Source of the DNA: Eledone cirrhosa
Taxonomy: Eukaryota
Length of the DNA stretch: 64,000 nucleotides
Direction: 5' to 3'
NCBI GenBank assembly: GCA_964016885.1
Contig: OZ024741.1
Location: forward strand, 189,100,001-189,164,000
The stretch's first letter is position 1, and every line of letters begins with the position of its first letter. The notes under the pieces are model-generated. The model worked only from the letters and a program-made list of their open reading frames with translations. It was not told the origin of the DNA and did no database searches. Positions 62,697 through 64,000 of the stretch are shown here, piece by piece. A program made the position numbers and the translations under genes.

Positions 62697-64000
62697 ACGT
62701 ATGCATGTATGTGTATGTTCGTATGTTTCATCACCATTGCTTCTTTTTGTTGTCATTTCTGTTGAAGTTGTTCTTGTAACTGTTGTCAAAGTTAAAGTCC
62801 TTATGTTCATTTTCTTTGATTTCTTTTGTTTTTCTTTTATCTCCCTATGGAATTCGTTGATAAGCTTCTTTTATTTATTTTCTTCGTTTTCTTCATTCAA
62901 ATGCATTCACACTGGCTGTCTAAGAGACGTACAAATATGACTTATAAAACTTACCAAACTAAAGGGGCTTCCAACGCCCCTCAAAGCTTCAAACACCCCC
63001 CCTAATGCCCCCTTGCTCCAACCCCCCCCCCCCCCCTGAAGCTCCGTAATGTAATGCTAAAGGGTTAAAGCATTTATATTTATCTAAAAACCTTCCATCA
63101 TAATTTCATGTTAGAACCTTTGTTATGTTGCATTCCAAATACCAACTTAATAATGAGAAATTTTATTATTTTATTAAATGCATTCAATTTCTTGATTATT
63201 TTCAAAATTATTTGAAAATTATAGGCTGAGTTTTTCATTAGAAATATGGTTATTAAAGGTTTAACCAGGGGTTACTTGTAGCTAAATAAGAACAACAATA
63301 ATATCAGTCTAGCTAAAAAAAAATCAGCAGAAAATATTAAAAAAAAGGAATTAATAAAGCTACTCTATGTATACATGTATCCTTAAGCAAGGCTTTCAGT
63401 GTACATCATAGAGTTGGAATTGGCATTATAACAGTCTGAGTTTTGGACATACAACACAGATAATATAGCATTGTAAATAGACAACTAAAGCTGGAATTGA
63501 ATGGAATTATATTAACCAGAATTTCTGTAGATAATTAAGTAGAATCTAAAGAATATTAGAGAAATTCTTCTCTTCTATGGATGCCATCAGTTTTGTATAG
63601 ATGTTTATCATGAATAATTTTTATGTTTAATATTTTTTTTTTCTTGTGTGTATGTATATGTGTGTGTGTTGTGTGCGTGATATCTTTTTTATTTTTTATT
63701 TTTTTCAAATTTCTTTCATGTAAAGGTCTGCATGACAATCAAGAAATATCAAAGACAGCACAATATTACACCATATATCCATTATTACATTATGTACTTG
63801 AATAAATTTGCCTAAGAATACGTGTACAATAACCACTATTATTATCTCTAATATTGACTTTTTGTTGTTGTATTACTAAAAGATGCTGGTTACATAGAAA
63901 TGGACTCAGATCATTTCCAAAACGATTGTCACTTTTTTTCCCTACAGATTCCACCATAATAAACTATTCTTGAAAGACAAACAAATATTCTTAACTTACT

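Noticed and set aside
63948-64000. Acceptor-like ttttccctacag as the next dynein exon
   Set aside because: The phase 0 frame stops after IPP, and the other frames are not dynein-like.

Overview
Eukaryotic, AT-rich, repeat-dense genomic DNA, probably from an invertebrate such as an octopod cephalopod (inferred from the style of the SINE/RTE repeats, not proven). The only host gene supported is an internal part of an inner-arm axonemal dynein heavy chain, most like DNAH12. It has seven + strand GT-AG exons (5551-39758) that splice in frame into 499 codons covering the end of AAA4, the stalk coiled coil and the microtubule-binding domain. The flanking exons were not found in the window. The introns hold RTE-clade LINEs with a PHD-type finger, CR1-, Tx1/L1- and R4-like LINE relics, a DD37D-type Tc1/mariner with TIRs and TA duplication, a pogo-like MITE, a Helitron-like element carrying a 93/91-bp tandem array, several SINE families, a ~9.4-kb TG/TC satellite and many (TA)n tracts. 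The most notable signal is seven type I hammerhead ribozyme motifs (CUGANGA...GAAA...NUH, mostly with a short self-complementary stem III). They lie in small non-coding, usually (TA)n-associated elements, two of which are fold-backs carrying a pair of outward-facing ribozymes. Three loci share an ATGCAAAT-containing spacer and show compensatory stem changes.
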